A stretch of DNA of 64,000 nt, taken from NCBI GenBank assembly GCA_976551045.1, contig CDPCPM010000050.1:12028001-12092000 (forward strand), in the 5' to 3' direction. The DNA is from Glaucostegus cemiculus (Eukaryota). Both the position numbers and the translations under genes were made by a program. Under the pieces are notes generated by a model, which was not told the origin of the DNA, did no database searches, and saw only the letters and a program-made list of their open reading frames with translations. Shown here piece by piece: positions 1 to 12,955 of this stretch. Each line of letters opens with the position of its first letter. Positions within the stretch are counted from its first letter, which is position 1.

Positions 1-3000
1 ATTATAAGTTTATAAATTATAACATCTACAAGGTGACTTTTAGTCCAAATGTTTGGTCATACCCCCACCTGAGTCAGACGTAGGCCAAGTTAATGTAGAA
101 ATCAGAATCCTGTAATCTACATAAGACCCTGACTATATTAGTTAGTCACCTGACAAAGAAGTCCCCATGTTTTGTTTCCTTATTTCTGAGGAGAGTCCTC
201 CTCTATTTTGTTGGGCTGGGAGAACCAGGAGTGTTTCTCCAAGCTCGACAACATCTGGCTGGCCAGCTGCCACTCCTTTCCCTTCAGACATTAAGGCCCC
301 CATCAGAGACATGCCTTCATGACACGACATGTTCATGAGCCAGCTGCACTCCTAACATTGCTGCATGTTGAGGTTTTGGTGTATCAATCACAAGCCAGGC
401 TTCTAATCCAGGAGTTCTTCAGGAACAGAACCATTTTCCTTCATGTTGGATATGACGTAGTCAGTAGAAAGGTTTCACCTTGAATCTCAAGGCTTCACTT
501 TTATTTTGATGCTGCAGAATCAAATTTTACTTCACCGTCAAAGGAACTTTGTTTTAAATTCGAATCATTTGTCTATATTTGGACCAAGAATGTAATATAT
601 CCTGGAACCAAGTGAAGTTGGGAACCCAAACTAATGGCTTGGTGCCCATGCAGTGCATGACATCACTGTTAGCAACACCTTTCATCATGGACTAATGGGC
701 CAGCAATCATATACATTGGATTAATCCTGCCTTTTGTGAACAGATCATAGCTGTATATTTTTTCCATATTGTGAAGTATTTTAAATATCCCAGAAAAGCT
801 TGTCTGGATGTGCAGCTCGTTAGGAGCATATGTCTTCAGCACTGTAGCCTGGATCCTGTCTGGTCACATAGATTTTGCGGTATCTCAGCTATTTTGTGAT
901 ATACTGCAGCCAAGTCAGGTCAGGTCTCAACCAGCTTAGTCAGCAATGGTTCTACTGGGTCAGCCTTGGTGCTGAACAATGGAATCCCTCTTTCAAAGTA
1001 GATTCTATGCCCCTGTTTCTCCCAGTGCATTTTGCAACTACTGTTTGACATGGAGGATACTGATTCATCAGCTGAGGGATGGTGCAGGTGGCTAACAGTG
1101 GAGATTCCCTTTCCCACATGTTTGACTATCCAGGAAGTTGGCTGAAAGGTGTGATTCTGTGAGTTTGGTATGTGGGACCAGTCTCCAATTTAGAAACTAG
1201 TCCCCAGACAATTATGAAGAGAACTTTGCAAGATTGCAAACCGAAAAGAGCCCTATTATACCCAATTCTTATGGCCTATAGGTTTAACACAATTTACAAA
1301 ATGTGAACAGAATCTACTACCTCCACCAAGTAATGGGTAGAGAATGGAATCTAATTAATCCTACAGCCTGCACCAAATAACCAGCAGACTAGTGCATTAT
1401 TGAAATTGAGGTATATACACCTGGGATAAATAAGCAACAGGGAAAGAGAACAGACCTAAGTACAAAAGGTCCAAACAAGTCATTAGGGTTTAGGTGCTAT
1501 CGCATTCATTGGAATCAAGTTTATTATATTGCTTTTGGGGTATAAGCAGTTGCTGTTTTCATTCCTACAAATGAAATTTCACAACTCATGACAGCCCATA
1601 TACCATAGAAGCATCAGTGACTCAAATGTAGTTTTAGTAATTTGAGTAATTTGAAAGGCCTCACTGCACACTGCCCAATGTTTGCAATCTGCGCTCTTCT
1701 CAGTATGATAACTCGGTCGATAATCTGTTATTTTAAATTGCTGAAGTGATAATATTAAAACCGATAACTGTACGCTAACTGATCTGTTAGCTTTTACTGT
1801 GAATGCAGAGATTAATAAAAAAACCATTAATACTTAATAAGAGATTAATACTGAATATTTTATAGGCCTTTATTATATCCACTCTTATAAGGGGAATATT
1901 TTTTCCCAAATAACTGCCCTGATTTCAGCAAATTGCAGAAATTATAAAAAAGCATAATTTTTAATAGCCCAAAGGAAAAATGATTGCCCATATTTAACTT
2001 CATTCTCAGTTTATCAAATCCATCAACAATTCCAAGTCTCCAAGTTCCGGATTTATGAATTATGCCCATTGGACTTTACCCTCATCTCCACCCACTCTAA
2101 ATTCAGTGATTCACCACAGCAAACTTTTCATAACAGCACAATTAAACGACAGTAATTCAATGACATGACAGAGCCAGATTCACAAACTTGCATTGAGATG
2201 TCATCTTAATTCACTTTTTAACTTCCATCAAGGTCTGTCTGATTTTTGATAAAGTTCATTATACAAATTACACAGGTGTGTCTGCTTTTGCGCAAATTTA
2301 TGTACACATCTCTTTGTTTCATTAAAATATGGTTTTGTTTAAAACGTGCATGTATCCAAATTAAAAAAAAATTGTGAAGTATACTATGCTGTACAGACAT
2401 TATACATCAATTGAAGGCACACAATGCTTCTATTTGCAAAGCGTACTCATAAAAAATGAGCCTTGGATGTGTTGGTTCTCATACTATTGCCAAAACAACA
2501 GAGTACTCACTGAACAGTAAAAGACAGACCTGGGTGTAAGTAATTACCCTGTCAATTGAATGTGCTTCAAGATTCATTGTACTCCTATTCTGTGTAAATT
2601 TTGTGGATCCATTATGCCAACTGTCATTTTATGCCTCTGTCACCCTATTTCTGTAATTTATTTTGCACATGGGCAAATGTTTTAATATGTTGCTGTCCAC
2701 AGAGATTCATGAAATTTACCAATTTTAGCTTCATTTCAACATATAAGACAGCAAAGTAGCCTCTTCAGATTAATGTAAAATTATGGCACAATTGGAATTT
2801 ATTTTAGATAGTGACTTGTCATTTAATAGCATGTAAGCTTTTATTGTGCTTCATCAGCACATTGTGATAATTTATATACTATTATTTTGAGGTACATATT
2901 TTTACTACTCATATCTCAAAAATTATAGTATCATTGTATACAATCCATTATATATAGCTTATAGTTTACTACAGGAATAATTTACTTTCAAACTAAAGAC

Positions 3001-3529
3001 TAAATGATTAAATTCCCAACTATTGTATAGTTTTATTTGCAAATTGGTATTCTGCCCAGAGCTATAAAGGAACTGTATTTGCCACTTGAAACATGGATTC
3101 ATGAAGAGAATGAACAGAAAAGACATCGGCAATTTCCACTAACTGTGGTGTGGAAATGAGGAAGGCATGAAAGCTGAAATGTAAAAAACCCATGACATTA
3201 CACTATTAAAGTAAAGTATATTGAACTAGATCCATTTAGAATTCTTAGCACACCGAGTTCAGTTTGAGTTTTTGAGGATTAATTTTTCCTTAGGGAAAAT
3301 ATTTCAGTACCTGATACTTTTGCCAAAGAAGACATCAGTCTGCCTTAGCTACATGGTTTGATTAGGGGGTAGGGGGAGGGGATTAATGAATAAATTTTAA
3401 ATTACTTTTTGTACATCATTTTCAATTAGCTTTCCAGATTACATTGCTTACCAATTCTCTGTTTTCAGTAATATGTATTATTATTGCTCAACAACATTCC
3501 AGCTAGCACAGTTACTGAAACAGATCATC

Positions 3530-3665
3530 AAGAAAGTGTTTGTATTTATGTAGTGCCTTTCATTTATCATGACACTTTGCAGCTGATGAAATACCTTTAT
3601 GGAACAATCACTCTTACAGTGTGGTGACATAGGAAGCCCAATTTGTGCATGGTATAAACATCCCT
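3530..3665 (-). mobile_element. Deu-SINE 3' tail fragment (diverged)
   Basis: tttgtatttatgtagtgcctttca...cactttgcagctgatgaa...aatttgtgca resembles the tail of the copy at 54947-55360. Confidence 0.45.
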
Positions 3666-4084
3666 AAAAATTCAGATTCTCCAGTACACCCAGTACAGAC
3701 ATAATCCTCAGTAATGAGGCACATTGGACACTAAATATTGCAAATCTTTAGTCCAAACAAGAATTTCAAAAGGATATTCATGGTAACTCCCTACATTTGG
3801 ATTGTAGTTAATGTGATTAACATGGATTGATAATCCAGGTAGATAACCCAGGGAACCATTCTCAGTTTACTTATTGACAGGCCCAGTTTTGCTGATAGAT
3901 AGCCGCAGTTCCAATTTATTTATCAAAATGGCATTAAAAATTGCAAATTGCAAAATGGATCCATATCCCTTGAATATTTTGATTTCTTAATAGTTAAGTT
4001 CAATAGATCTTTGTTCATGATCTGACTACCTTAACTCTTAAGTTTACTTCCACAAAAAAATACAACATTGAAACCAACATCCAA

Positions 4085-4210
4085 ACACATGGAAACACAA
4101 GGGACTGCAGATGCTGGAATCTGGGGCAAAATAAAACAACCTGCTGGAGGGACTCAGTGGGTCAGGCAGCATCTGTAGAGGAAAATGGACAGTCAGCATT
4201 TTTGGGTCTG
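4085..4210. mobile_element. Penelope-like element terminal-repeat fragment
   Basis: actgcagatgctggaatct...tgctggagggactcagtgggtcaggcagcatctgt is the same motif as at 37.4, 41.7, 43.9 and 52.9 kb. Confidence 0.7.
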
Positions 4211-5225
4211 CAGCGAACCAAAATAACATACATGTTATTTGCATAATAAATTTGTAATAAAATATACCTAAGCAGAAGTCAGCACCAAATCAACATCTGA
4301 ATAGATCCCATATAGACAATAGAAAATCACATTACACAGAAGATATTCAAAATGATTCAGCTAGAGAAAATGAAGCATTCATCTAAAATCACAAATTAAA
4401 ATTGGAATTTCTAATTCTTATAACAAAACTATGGAAGGTCATACAATTGAGAACATACACCCTTGAGCAGAATTATAAGCATGCATATTAAACAGAAAAA
4501 CTTGTAATCACAAGTGTTCTCAGTTTGACAATGGATAGTAATGTTGTATTCCTTTATTTGGCCATAGATGATACTAAATTAAATAATAGGGGGAAAAAAT
4601 CAAACAGCCAACCAGGCTTAAAGCTGGCATTGTGCTTGGGCCAATAATTACAGAGTTGGTCTGATTTTTATTTCCATTCCCAAACAAAATTTAATGCCCA
4701 GTTGAAAACCTGTCCAAATATTTTAAAACTTGTATTTCTGGCAGTAGTGATACAAATGCACTTGAAGGTATCACCAAAAAGTGCCTATAAGTTGCCATTT
4801 TTATACTGATACACTAAGGCTTAAGATGCACATAGCAAGTAACAGGCAATGTAACCTGCAAATCTGATCCCAATCAGACTCTTAAGTGTGATAAAGGCAA
4901 GTAATAATAACTCCATCAAGAGTGTGGTTCATAATCAGATGAATTTACTCATTTTGCATTCTTGTTCCAGTCAGAGTGAAGTATCATTTACTTAAAGTAC
5001 TCCAGTGACCCCACTTACATATCAATATTTTAAGTGAGGGGAGAAAGTGGACTCTAACATTAAAACTACCTGCCTAGGAATTGTCTCAGCATGAATACTA
5101 AAATCTCATTTGTTTCTGAACTCAGTTCAACCTACAGTTGGTGGTATGGCTCTGGTTTGCCAATTCTCTTTCATATTCCGCAGATTGGATTGCTACCTTG
5201 AATATAACTAAAAACAGTTGTTGTT

Positions 5226-5365
5226 CACAAGATCACAAGACAAAGGAGTAGAAGTAGGCCATTCGGCCCATCAAGTCTGCTCTGTGAGCTAAACTAATAT
5301 TATTCCTATCTAGCCCCAATTTCCAACCTTACCCCCACATCCCTTGATACCTTGACTAATTAGCT
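5226..5365 (-). mobile_element. CR1-type LINE 3' end
   Basis: cacaagatcacaaga tail repeat and gtaggccattcggcccatc 3' stem-loop motif. Confidence 0.75.
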
Positions 5366-5408
5366 CCTTTCCACGTGACTGGATGTGAGGAACAACAATA
5401 ATAATGAT

Positions 5409-5660
5409 GGGGCGGCACGATAACGTAGCGGTTAACGTGACGCTGTTACAGTGCCAGCGATTGGGGTTCGATTCCCGTCGCTGACTGTAAGGAGTTTGTA
5501 CATTCTCCCATGTCTGCGTGGGTTTCCTCTGGGTGCTCTGGTTTCCTCCCACATTCTGAAAGACGTACGGGTAGGTGAATTTGGGGGTTTAAAATGGGCG
5601 GTGCGGACTCGTTGGGCCGAAAGGGCCTGTTACCATGCTGTAAATAAAATTAAAATTTTA
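5409..5660 (+). mobile_element. tRNA-derived V-SINE (HE1-like)
   Basis: A-box-like gtagcggtta, B-box ggttcgattcc, V-domain gtctgcgtgggtttcctctgggtgctctggtttcctcccaca, CR1-like tail gggccgaaagggcctgt, A-rich end. Confidence 0.88.
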
Positions 5661-8600
5661 AAAAATAATATTCTTGTGTCCTCATATTTGTTTTGCAATG
5701 TATTGAATTACCAACAGCTAGTCAGAAAATGTGTGCATGAGCCCATCTGTTCTTCTGTGACATTAAGAAGGTTCCATTTTAAGTTTTGCAAGTTCTAATG
5801 GACCATCTTGAAGTTTAAAATGAGCCTTCATGCTGGATATGAATTTACTCCAGAAGCTACAAATCTGAGATGGCTTCATGGAGAAAGTTTTGCCTAGTGT
5901 TTGTATAGCTCCATTATTGCTTTATTCTGTGAATTACACTTCATTGTGTAACTGAAACTACTTTACACAACACAAAAGAGATAATATAACTGTTTTCTCA
6001 ATCTGCCAGACACAAAGAATCACTGGAAATCTCTCTTAAGCCTCCATTTACCTCAGAGCTAATAATGAATGGAAAAGAATAGTTAATAAAACAATGGAAA
6101 TAGACTGGTATTGGACTGAGAAACACAGATGTAATTGACAATCAAAAGTTTCAGTAGAGAAGGCAGCATTGTTTTCATTACAGTCTGCATTTAAACATGT
6201 AAGATTTCTTCAGAGTTAACTTCTTTGAAAAGACTATTGTTGGATTAATAATGAAACATTGCTGGAATTTGTACCAAAAAGAAACTGATCCAACCGCTGT
6301 TCAATGGAGAACCTAATTACTTAGTCAAGTCTATCTGTGATTTAAAAACAGCAAAATGTTATGCAGTTTAAGCTATTATAACAGCTTGTGTTGATGTACG
6401 TGATATTCCTCTTCGTTTCTGTTCTGGTAGGGTTAAAATAGAGAATTAAATTGACTAACGTGGTCAGGTCATATGTTTGATAAAGTATCGTCTATAATCT
6501 GTAACGGAACCATACAATAAACTTCCCTGTTGAAGAGAGAGAAATTAGATGCTTTTTTCGACTTTTGGACATCATAATCTAACAGCGTGGTATGTAGTTA
6601 TATGTTAACAAATACAGGTATTTATATAGACATAATTAAATGCCCGTTCGATCGTGTATTTTAAGTAATAGCTTTTTATTCTATGATAAAATTATGCAAA
6701 AATTCAACACTAGCAGAAAAACTTCGAAGTACACGTATTCATCAAAAATATCCTGGAGGCTTTATTTGACAATCTAACTAAATATGATATTAATGAAAGC
6801 CGATTTCAGGTAAAATCCGCACAAGGTCACAATCGGCTGTTTAATAATATGTAGTGTTGATGATAGCGTTGCTGGCTGTTGAGATTACGTGGTTAAACAA
6901 GATCGACTCCTTTGGTATTCACTCTGTTATGGGTCAGTGCTTCAGTCAAAAAATGCAGCACTAGTCATAAGTGGAATTTGCATAGGTGAAAAGCAAAGTG
7001 CTGATGCAAGCCAGAGCAGTCAAGTATTGTTAATGACAAACACAGTACATGAGCAGAATGCATATTTAATTTACAAAATGTAGAAATGGGTACAAAATTG
7101 AGGCCATGAATCAAAGCGGCGATTTTTTAAGTGCAAAGCTCGCAGAAATAAAGCAGGCCACTTGCAAATAAGTAGAGCTCAATAATTTTAATCCCAAACA
7201 ATTTTCAAACTGATGGACTGCAATTTGTTAGAATTTCAGCCCAACGGAATACTTTTCAAATAACGCGTCTCAACTGTATGTTCCGGGAAATGTTAACTGT
7301 ATGCGTATATTGGCCATCTAGTTCCGCCTATTCAACAGCTTTGTTATATAAAAACTAATTTTTCATACTTTTCAGATTGTTGCTCTAATAAGATTGGATT
7401 CCAAATTTAAAATTGTATTTAATATGATATGAATCATATTGTATAACAAGAATAATCATCTTCCTGGGGTATGGATAAAATGTAGGTATTCCGCGTCTGC
7501 CTTTACATCTGAGTGTGATCCTTGTGACCTGTGTGCACTCCCATGTACTGCAGAGTGTGTACGTGTGTGTACTCTTAGTCTTGAGAGCACTGCTCGCGCA
7601 TGCGCAGCAAAAAGTAAGTGTTCGCGAGTGATTACCTGTGCTTTGTGCTGTCAACCACATCATCCTCACCACTCTTGGCGTGTTCTGCAAGACATTTCCT
7701 GGAAGCCAGCTGATGTTTGTTATGTACATGTGTTATGTACATATGTTTCTCGATTTAATGGCTGGGTCTATCTGAGGTTTAGATCTGACTTCTACATGAT
7801 GTTGCAATCTTTATCTTGAGGGCCAATCGTCAACCGAAGACAGTCCTAAGTGCAAACTTAATTGGCACGCACGCACACAGTATTTGCGTTATCCTGAGGT
7901 GTACATTTACCTTCACCCAGGATGTGCGTGATCCAAGAATCAATATTGATCAAAGCAGTTGAGAATTTTCATGGTGAAAATAAATCACAGGTAGAATGCA
8001 AACTGGAGTGATATTGTACGATTGATATTGTACTGGAATGATATTGTACAACTAGTATCGTACAATTATACACAGATGACTACTCTTTACATTTATCTAA
8101 TCCTGAAGTGCAGTATATTCCACAATAACATATCGGCCTTGTTACATTGTGTAGATTAATGAATGCAACTGGATTGGAAATCTTGCTTTGTATCCAGTTA
8201 GTCACACCACGTGCCACTTGCGACATTATTCCACCACTCCCAATGTTTCATCAAAATCAGAAAGTAGCATTTTAAGATTAGGATAATATGAACACGAGAG
8301 TAAACTGATGCGGATGGAGACGTTGGCGGGACAACGCGATGATATGTTTGGTTTATGCTTTGGTACCTGAAATACAAAACTGATGTTGGAAACCAAGATA
8401 AATTCTAGTCAGGCACTGGTTCGCACAAGACTAGATTGCAGTACAACACCGTCAGCAATAGTCTCGCATTAAAATAGCGAACCCAGCATATGTTATATTT
8501 TGTTTTACAAGGTGATACTTGTTAAAACTATAATTGTATGTTTAATTCCATTTTGCTAAAGGGCAGTGGGTAAGCTTTCTCATTTTGTATTAAAAATGTA

Positions 8601-11269
8601 AATTTTTTAACAGATTCGCATATACTAAAAGCTGGTCGTGTATTTTCTCGGAAAGTGGTGGAGAGTACAAAATACGTTTTCAAGACAGAGCAAATTAAGG
8701 CATACATTTAATTTTTTTATATTTAACGCAAATCTTTATAATTAAGGTGATTTTTAAAAACAAAGCGTCTTCCATTTGCTTGGATTCCATTTACTTAATC
8801 TCGAGTAACCACAACAGATATTGAGATAAAATTATAAATATTTTGCATTATATTTTAATCCGCCGTTGCAACATCCGCAATGTTCACATGCAGTTTTAAC
8901 AATGCACTTAAGAGGTCATTTGGCAAGATGGACACCGAGGCCCTCATCTTTGTGGCCATCTCAGGGTGTAAAATCCAAATAAATCGCGATCACACCTATC
9001 GGTGCCAATTAACACCTTTTATATCAAATCACCAAGTCTGGTGTTGAAAAAAAACTAACATCTTAATGTCTAATTAGCATAGGAAGTGAACACCAAACCG
9101 CGATCCGGCCGTAGTACAAGCTCGGAAGAAATTCCACTGAAATAACCTGGGATCACTCGTGAACACTGTATACGAGTTGTGCGCTGTATACCTGGTGAGT
9201 GGGTCGAAGTTTGATATGGAATTTTAAAATTCGAATTTGGAGGGATACAAAAGCACACGATTTACCCACAAATAAAATGACAGCTCCGCCAACATTTGTG
9301 TTGGTGTTACAGAGCGTTACGCAAGTTGAGCACATGTAGACCAATATGGCTAGGAGTTTTCGTTACTATTGAAATATCAGAGCACAAGGAGAGACCGGTT
9401 ATTGAATGTTTTCGTTTAAATGAGACCTAGGCTCAGGTCCCACACTCCATAACAACAAATGCTTGTTCAGGAGTGACTACTTGAGTTGAACGATTCTACA
9501 CTAGCATTGTCACAGTACAAACAACTGGAAGGAATCAAAACATCGACCCTGTATTTCGCGTGCAGTTAGCATTTATTCGGTATTGGTGACAAATTCTAAT
9601 TCACAGGCCTCGATTGTCAACGTGCTCATTGTGAGCAAACTCTTCGTATTGTGGTCAGCACCCAAGGCATCCAGTGTGTTCGTTGTAATACGCCAACTAT
9701 TAGAGAATGGTTAATGATCTCACTGCTGGCGGACATCAACGTCAGTGGGCTTTATAAAATGAATTGTCCGTTCGTTCATATCGGGCATCATTCACACTGG
9801 ACGTTCCCTAAAGTTATTTTGATGATGACCTATTGCATCTGAAAAGCGACCACTGTGTCTTCTTAATCATCTGGAGAGTTTTAGAAATAATTTGGAATGA
9901 ACTCCAGTTGATGGACGCAAATATAATACGTGAGTTTCGGATCCTGAAACAAATAATGGTTAGCGGTGACCAAAGTGGTCAAGCAAGGTATTCAGAAATT
10001 CGAAAATTCAGGAAAGGCATTTGAGGATATAAATCTGTGGATTAATCTAAAAGTAAATGTTTGGGCCAGTCTAAACATACAAAGGCAACCGTGTCGTCTC
10101 GGTTGATGACAGACGGCCCCTTCTTGCAGTTTTCCGGCTGAAGACTATTTCACGGGGTTTCTGTGGGTCTGGTGCCAGGTTCCTGTTCAGGGACATGACT
10201 CTTCTCATTTTTTTCGCGTGACTGCTTCACATTCAGCGGCAATCCTGATTCGGCGTTATTTTCGTGAACACACTCCTTGTTGCAGGGCACGAACAACGCC
10301 TGACGGTCAATGAAGCTTTGAAATTCTCATTGGCAAACACAATAGTGTTGTGCTGCGCTGTTCTGAGGCAACATTAGCACAAGTCTCTGTAATGTGACTT
10401 AATGATTATTATGCTGTCCATTCTTTTGTCTGGTTACATGTTTGTTATCAACCAAATTTAGGTGTAATTTCCAACAGCGTCTGCAACCAATCACCCTGCT
10501 TGGGACTTTTGGCTAAAAAGAGTTGTTATGGGATTATGTGATTTGACAGAAATATCTATCTTAATGTTTATTTCCGAATGTGTATGGTTCATGAAAATAT
10601 TTGCTAAAATGTGTTTCCTATTTAACAAAATCATGGTTTATTGAGCTTTCGAAATAGGTCCCTTACTGTCACGAGCAGGGACTTCCCAATTAACAGACAT
10701 CACGAAAAACAAATAATCTGTCATTTGGAGTTATGTTTCGGATGCAATCAACTTGGCATTATGTGTTAACAATAAAATGTACGTGACGCAGAATACAGAC
10801 TTCAACAGTCTAACCAAACGCTTGAAATTCAGATGATGTCTAACATCGCTGAAGATCCCCAAGGCAGGTCATTTAATGCCAGGATGCCAATTTCTGGCAA
10901 AATACATGTTTATTGAGAAACGTTTACGATCTGGCATTTCTTGTTTATTAATGTACTACTGCCTGGCATCCCAGATACTTGCTAGCTCTACTACAACGCT
11001 ATTAATGTTTGAAATATTGCAAAAGCAAAACCTATTTCACTAATGCATGTAAATCTTCCAAAGCGTACGTGCTACATTGTTACCTTTGAGGGTGGCGGGG
11101 CCTTTGTGTTATCTGTTCAGTTCATCTTTGATTTGACAGGCTTCTGTGCTGTGAAATTAAAACGTGTGTGTTTGCCTTTGTTTTGTTCAATGTTCTGTGA
11201 CAAAATGCTCCTCTGCCAAACTCCTTCACACATTACAAGCCTTTGGGGATATCAAGGGCAGCTATAGAA

Positions 11270-11520
11270 GGGCTACCTGGAGAAAGGTTGCTACGGCAAC
11301 CCTTTTAGCCCACAACTAGATTAGCATATTCATGAGGCTGTAATTTAAACCAGAATTGTCCACACTTGCATAGTGGCCAGGATTTACTATGCAAATAGAC
11401 TGGTTTTACAGGCTGCTGCTTAATTAACTCGTCAAGGCCATCTTCTCACTAAAAGGCAATCTAACTACAGATTAATCTGCCTTTGTTTGCTGCCGTTCCT
11501 TCCTTTTGTTGTAAACATCG
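11270..11520. promoter_or_regulatory. Candidate enhancer with RFX X-box and POU/homeodomain motifs
   Basis: GTTGCTACGGCAAC (11287-11300), ATTAGCATATTCAT (11320-11333), ATGCAAAT (11389-11396), TTAATTAA (11420-11427). Confidence 0.55.
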
Positions 11521-12360
11521 GGATTTGTAAAGAGAAGCAAGAGTCATTGCTCTACACTTAGTCAATGTTATTTTCAGCTAAGCCTTTCCTTACAACTAGC
11601 TACATTGACCTGAAAGATTTTGTTTCCTGAACGCAACATTATCAACCGCCCATGAACTTCTAGTGTAACTGCATTTCCACAGTCGCTGCGTGATTTTCAA
11701 CATAATTGGTAAATCAGTTATCATCATGCTTCTTCTAATCCAGCAGCGATAATGCTGCCTTCCTTGCAGATTGTTGCTGCCTGGGTCTTTATGCAAAATC
11801 GCCTGTTTTGTCTTTAGGGTGGAGGGGTGGGGAGGGGGTGAGCCCCTCTCTCAGCTTTGTTGAAAATAACAATTGTTTTGGCTTGCGTGCATTATCCCAC
11901 CTTTTAATAAGAACCGTTGTGCTTGCTTATCAATAATTAATAGGGTGGATGTATTGTTATTTGCATAACTGTCCGTGCATTAAAAAGGAATTTAGTCTTT
12001 CAACGAAAGGTTTTCTTCCCCCTCCCGAAAAAAAATGAAAGCAGGCTAAAAGTGTAACAAAGTGCAGAGAAACGCAGAAGTATTCGTCCTTTGTTCAGAT
12101 CAGATTTTTGAGTCCAATGGTGATCTTTCTGGTAACCTCGCTTTGCGGGGGCTGCGATGATTTGTCCCTGTCTCGGGGACTCTGGCTGCTCACGATTCCG
12201 ATGCGAAAAGGCTCCATGTCAGAGCTGAGTCAGCTGGCTCTGGTGCATGGGATTCCCTGCACCGTGCAAGCCAGCTCGATGATTTGCCTATGCAAAGGTA
12301 TTGTTATTGAGCAATGTTGGAATAATAAAACAGTTGCTGTTTACATTTCAAATCACGCTC

Positions 12361-12381
12361 TGGGCTGTCCACGCTGCTTAA
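12361..12381 (-). promoter_or_regulatory. Weaker RE1/NRSE candidate
   Basis: Minus strand TTAAGCAGCGTGGACAGCCCA. GGACAGC core intact, left half degenerate, canonical spacing. Confidence 0.4.
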
Positions 12382-12629
12382 AATGCATTTTTTATGCAAA
12401 AGGTGATATATGTGCCCCCCACCCCCACCCTGGGTTGCAGATAATCATGTATCGAATTCGTTAATGTGCTGGAAGTAATTGCTTGATTCTACACTTGTCA
12501 AAATAAGGGCTCTCTGTGGAAGTTGTGTTGAAACATTTAAGCCTCATTAATGGGATCATGCAATGATATTCTGGTTCAGGCCAGCGTCACCCAGTGCCTC
12601 AGACCTTTTTTTATAATTTGTGCCATGCT

Positions 12630-12955
12630 GCAGAGGGAAGGGTGCGGAGGGGAGGGGTGGGGAGGGAAATGCCCCGGCCGCCCTGCCGCCGGTGAGTGTC
12701 CCGGCCGCCGAGCGGAGCTGGCGGGAAGCTGCAGCCGGCGCCAATCAGGTTCCCCCCGCCCCCGTCGGCCGCCGCGAGCTCCCCTCACCTGCGCAGCTCG
12801 GCCGCGAGCGCCTCTCGCCTCCAGCTGGCGCGAGGCGCGGGGCTCTCCGCTGCGCGCGCTCCCTCCTTCCCACCTGACGGCGACCTCAAGTCGGCAGCTG
12901 CTCGCCGCCCTTCCCGGCCCGCTGGCTCGCCGGGCACTCGCCCTGGTGCCCTGCT
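12630..12955. promoter_or_regulatory. CpG island about 10.6 kb upstream of the lhx5 ATG
   Basis: Sharply bounded, very GC- and CpG-rich block in AT-rich surroundings. Contains CCAAT at 12741 and G-tracts, with a TATA-like T/A run at about 12606-12616. Confidence 0.85.

Noticed and set aside
140-1260. Possible Gypsy integrase or LINE relics
   Set aside because: Only vague, indel-ridden similarity; not supportable without a search.
5409-5480. tRNA gene
   Set aside because: The A/B boxes are the head of a V-SINE; no full cloverleaf, and the SINE body follows directly.
7439-7819. 126-aa Cys-rich ORF resembling a metallothionein or keratin-associated protein
   Set aside because: Starts at a non-ATG codon, the Cys content comes from TG-rich low-complexity DNA, and there is no family motif or splice support.
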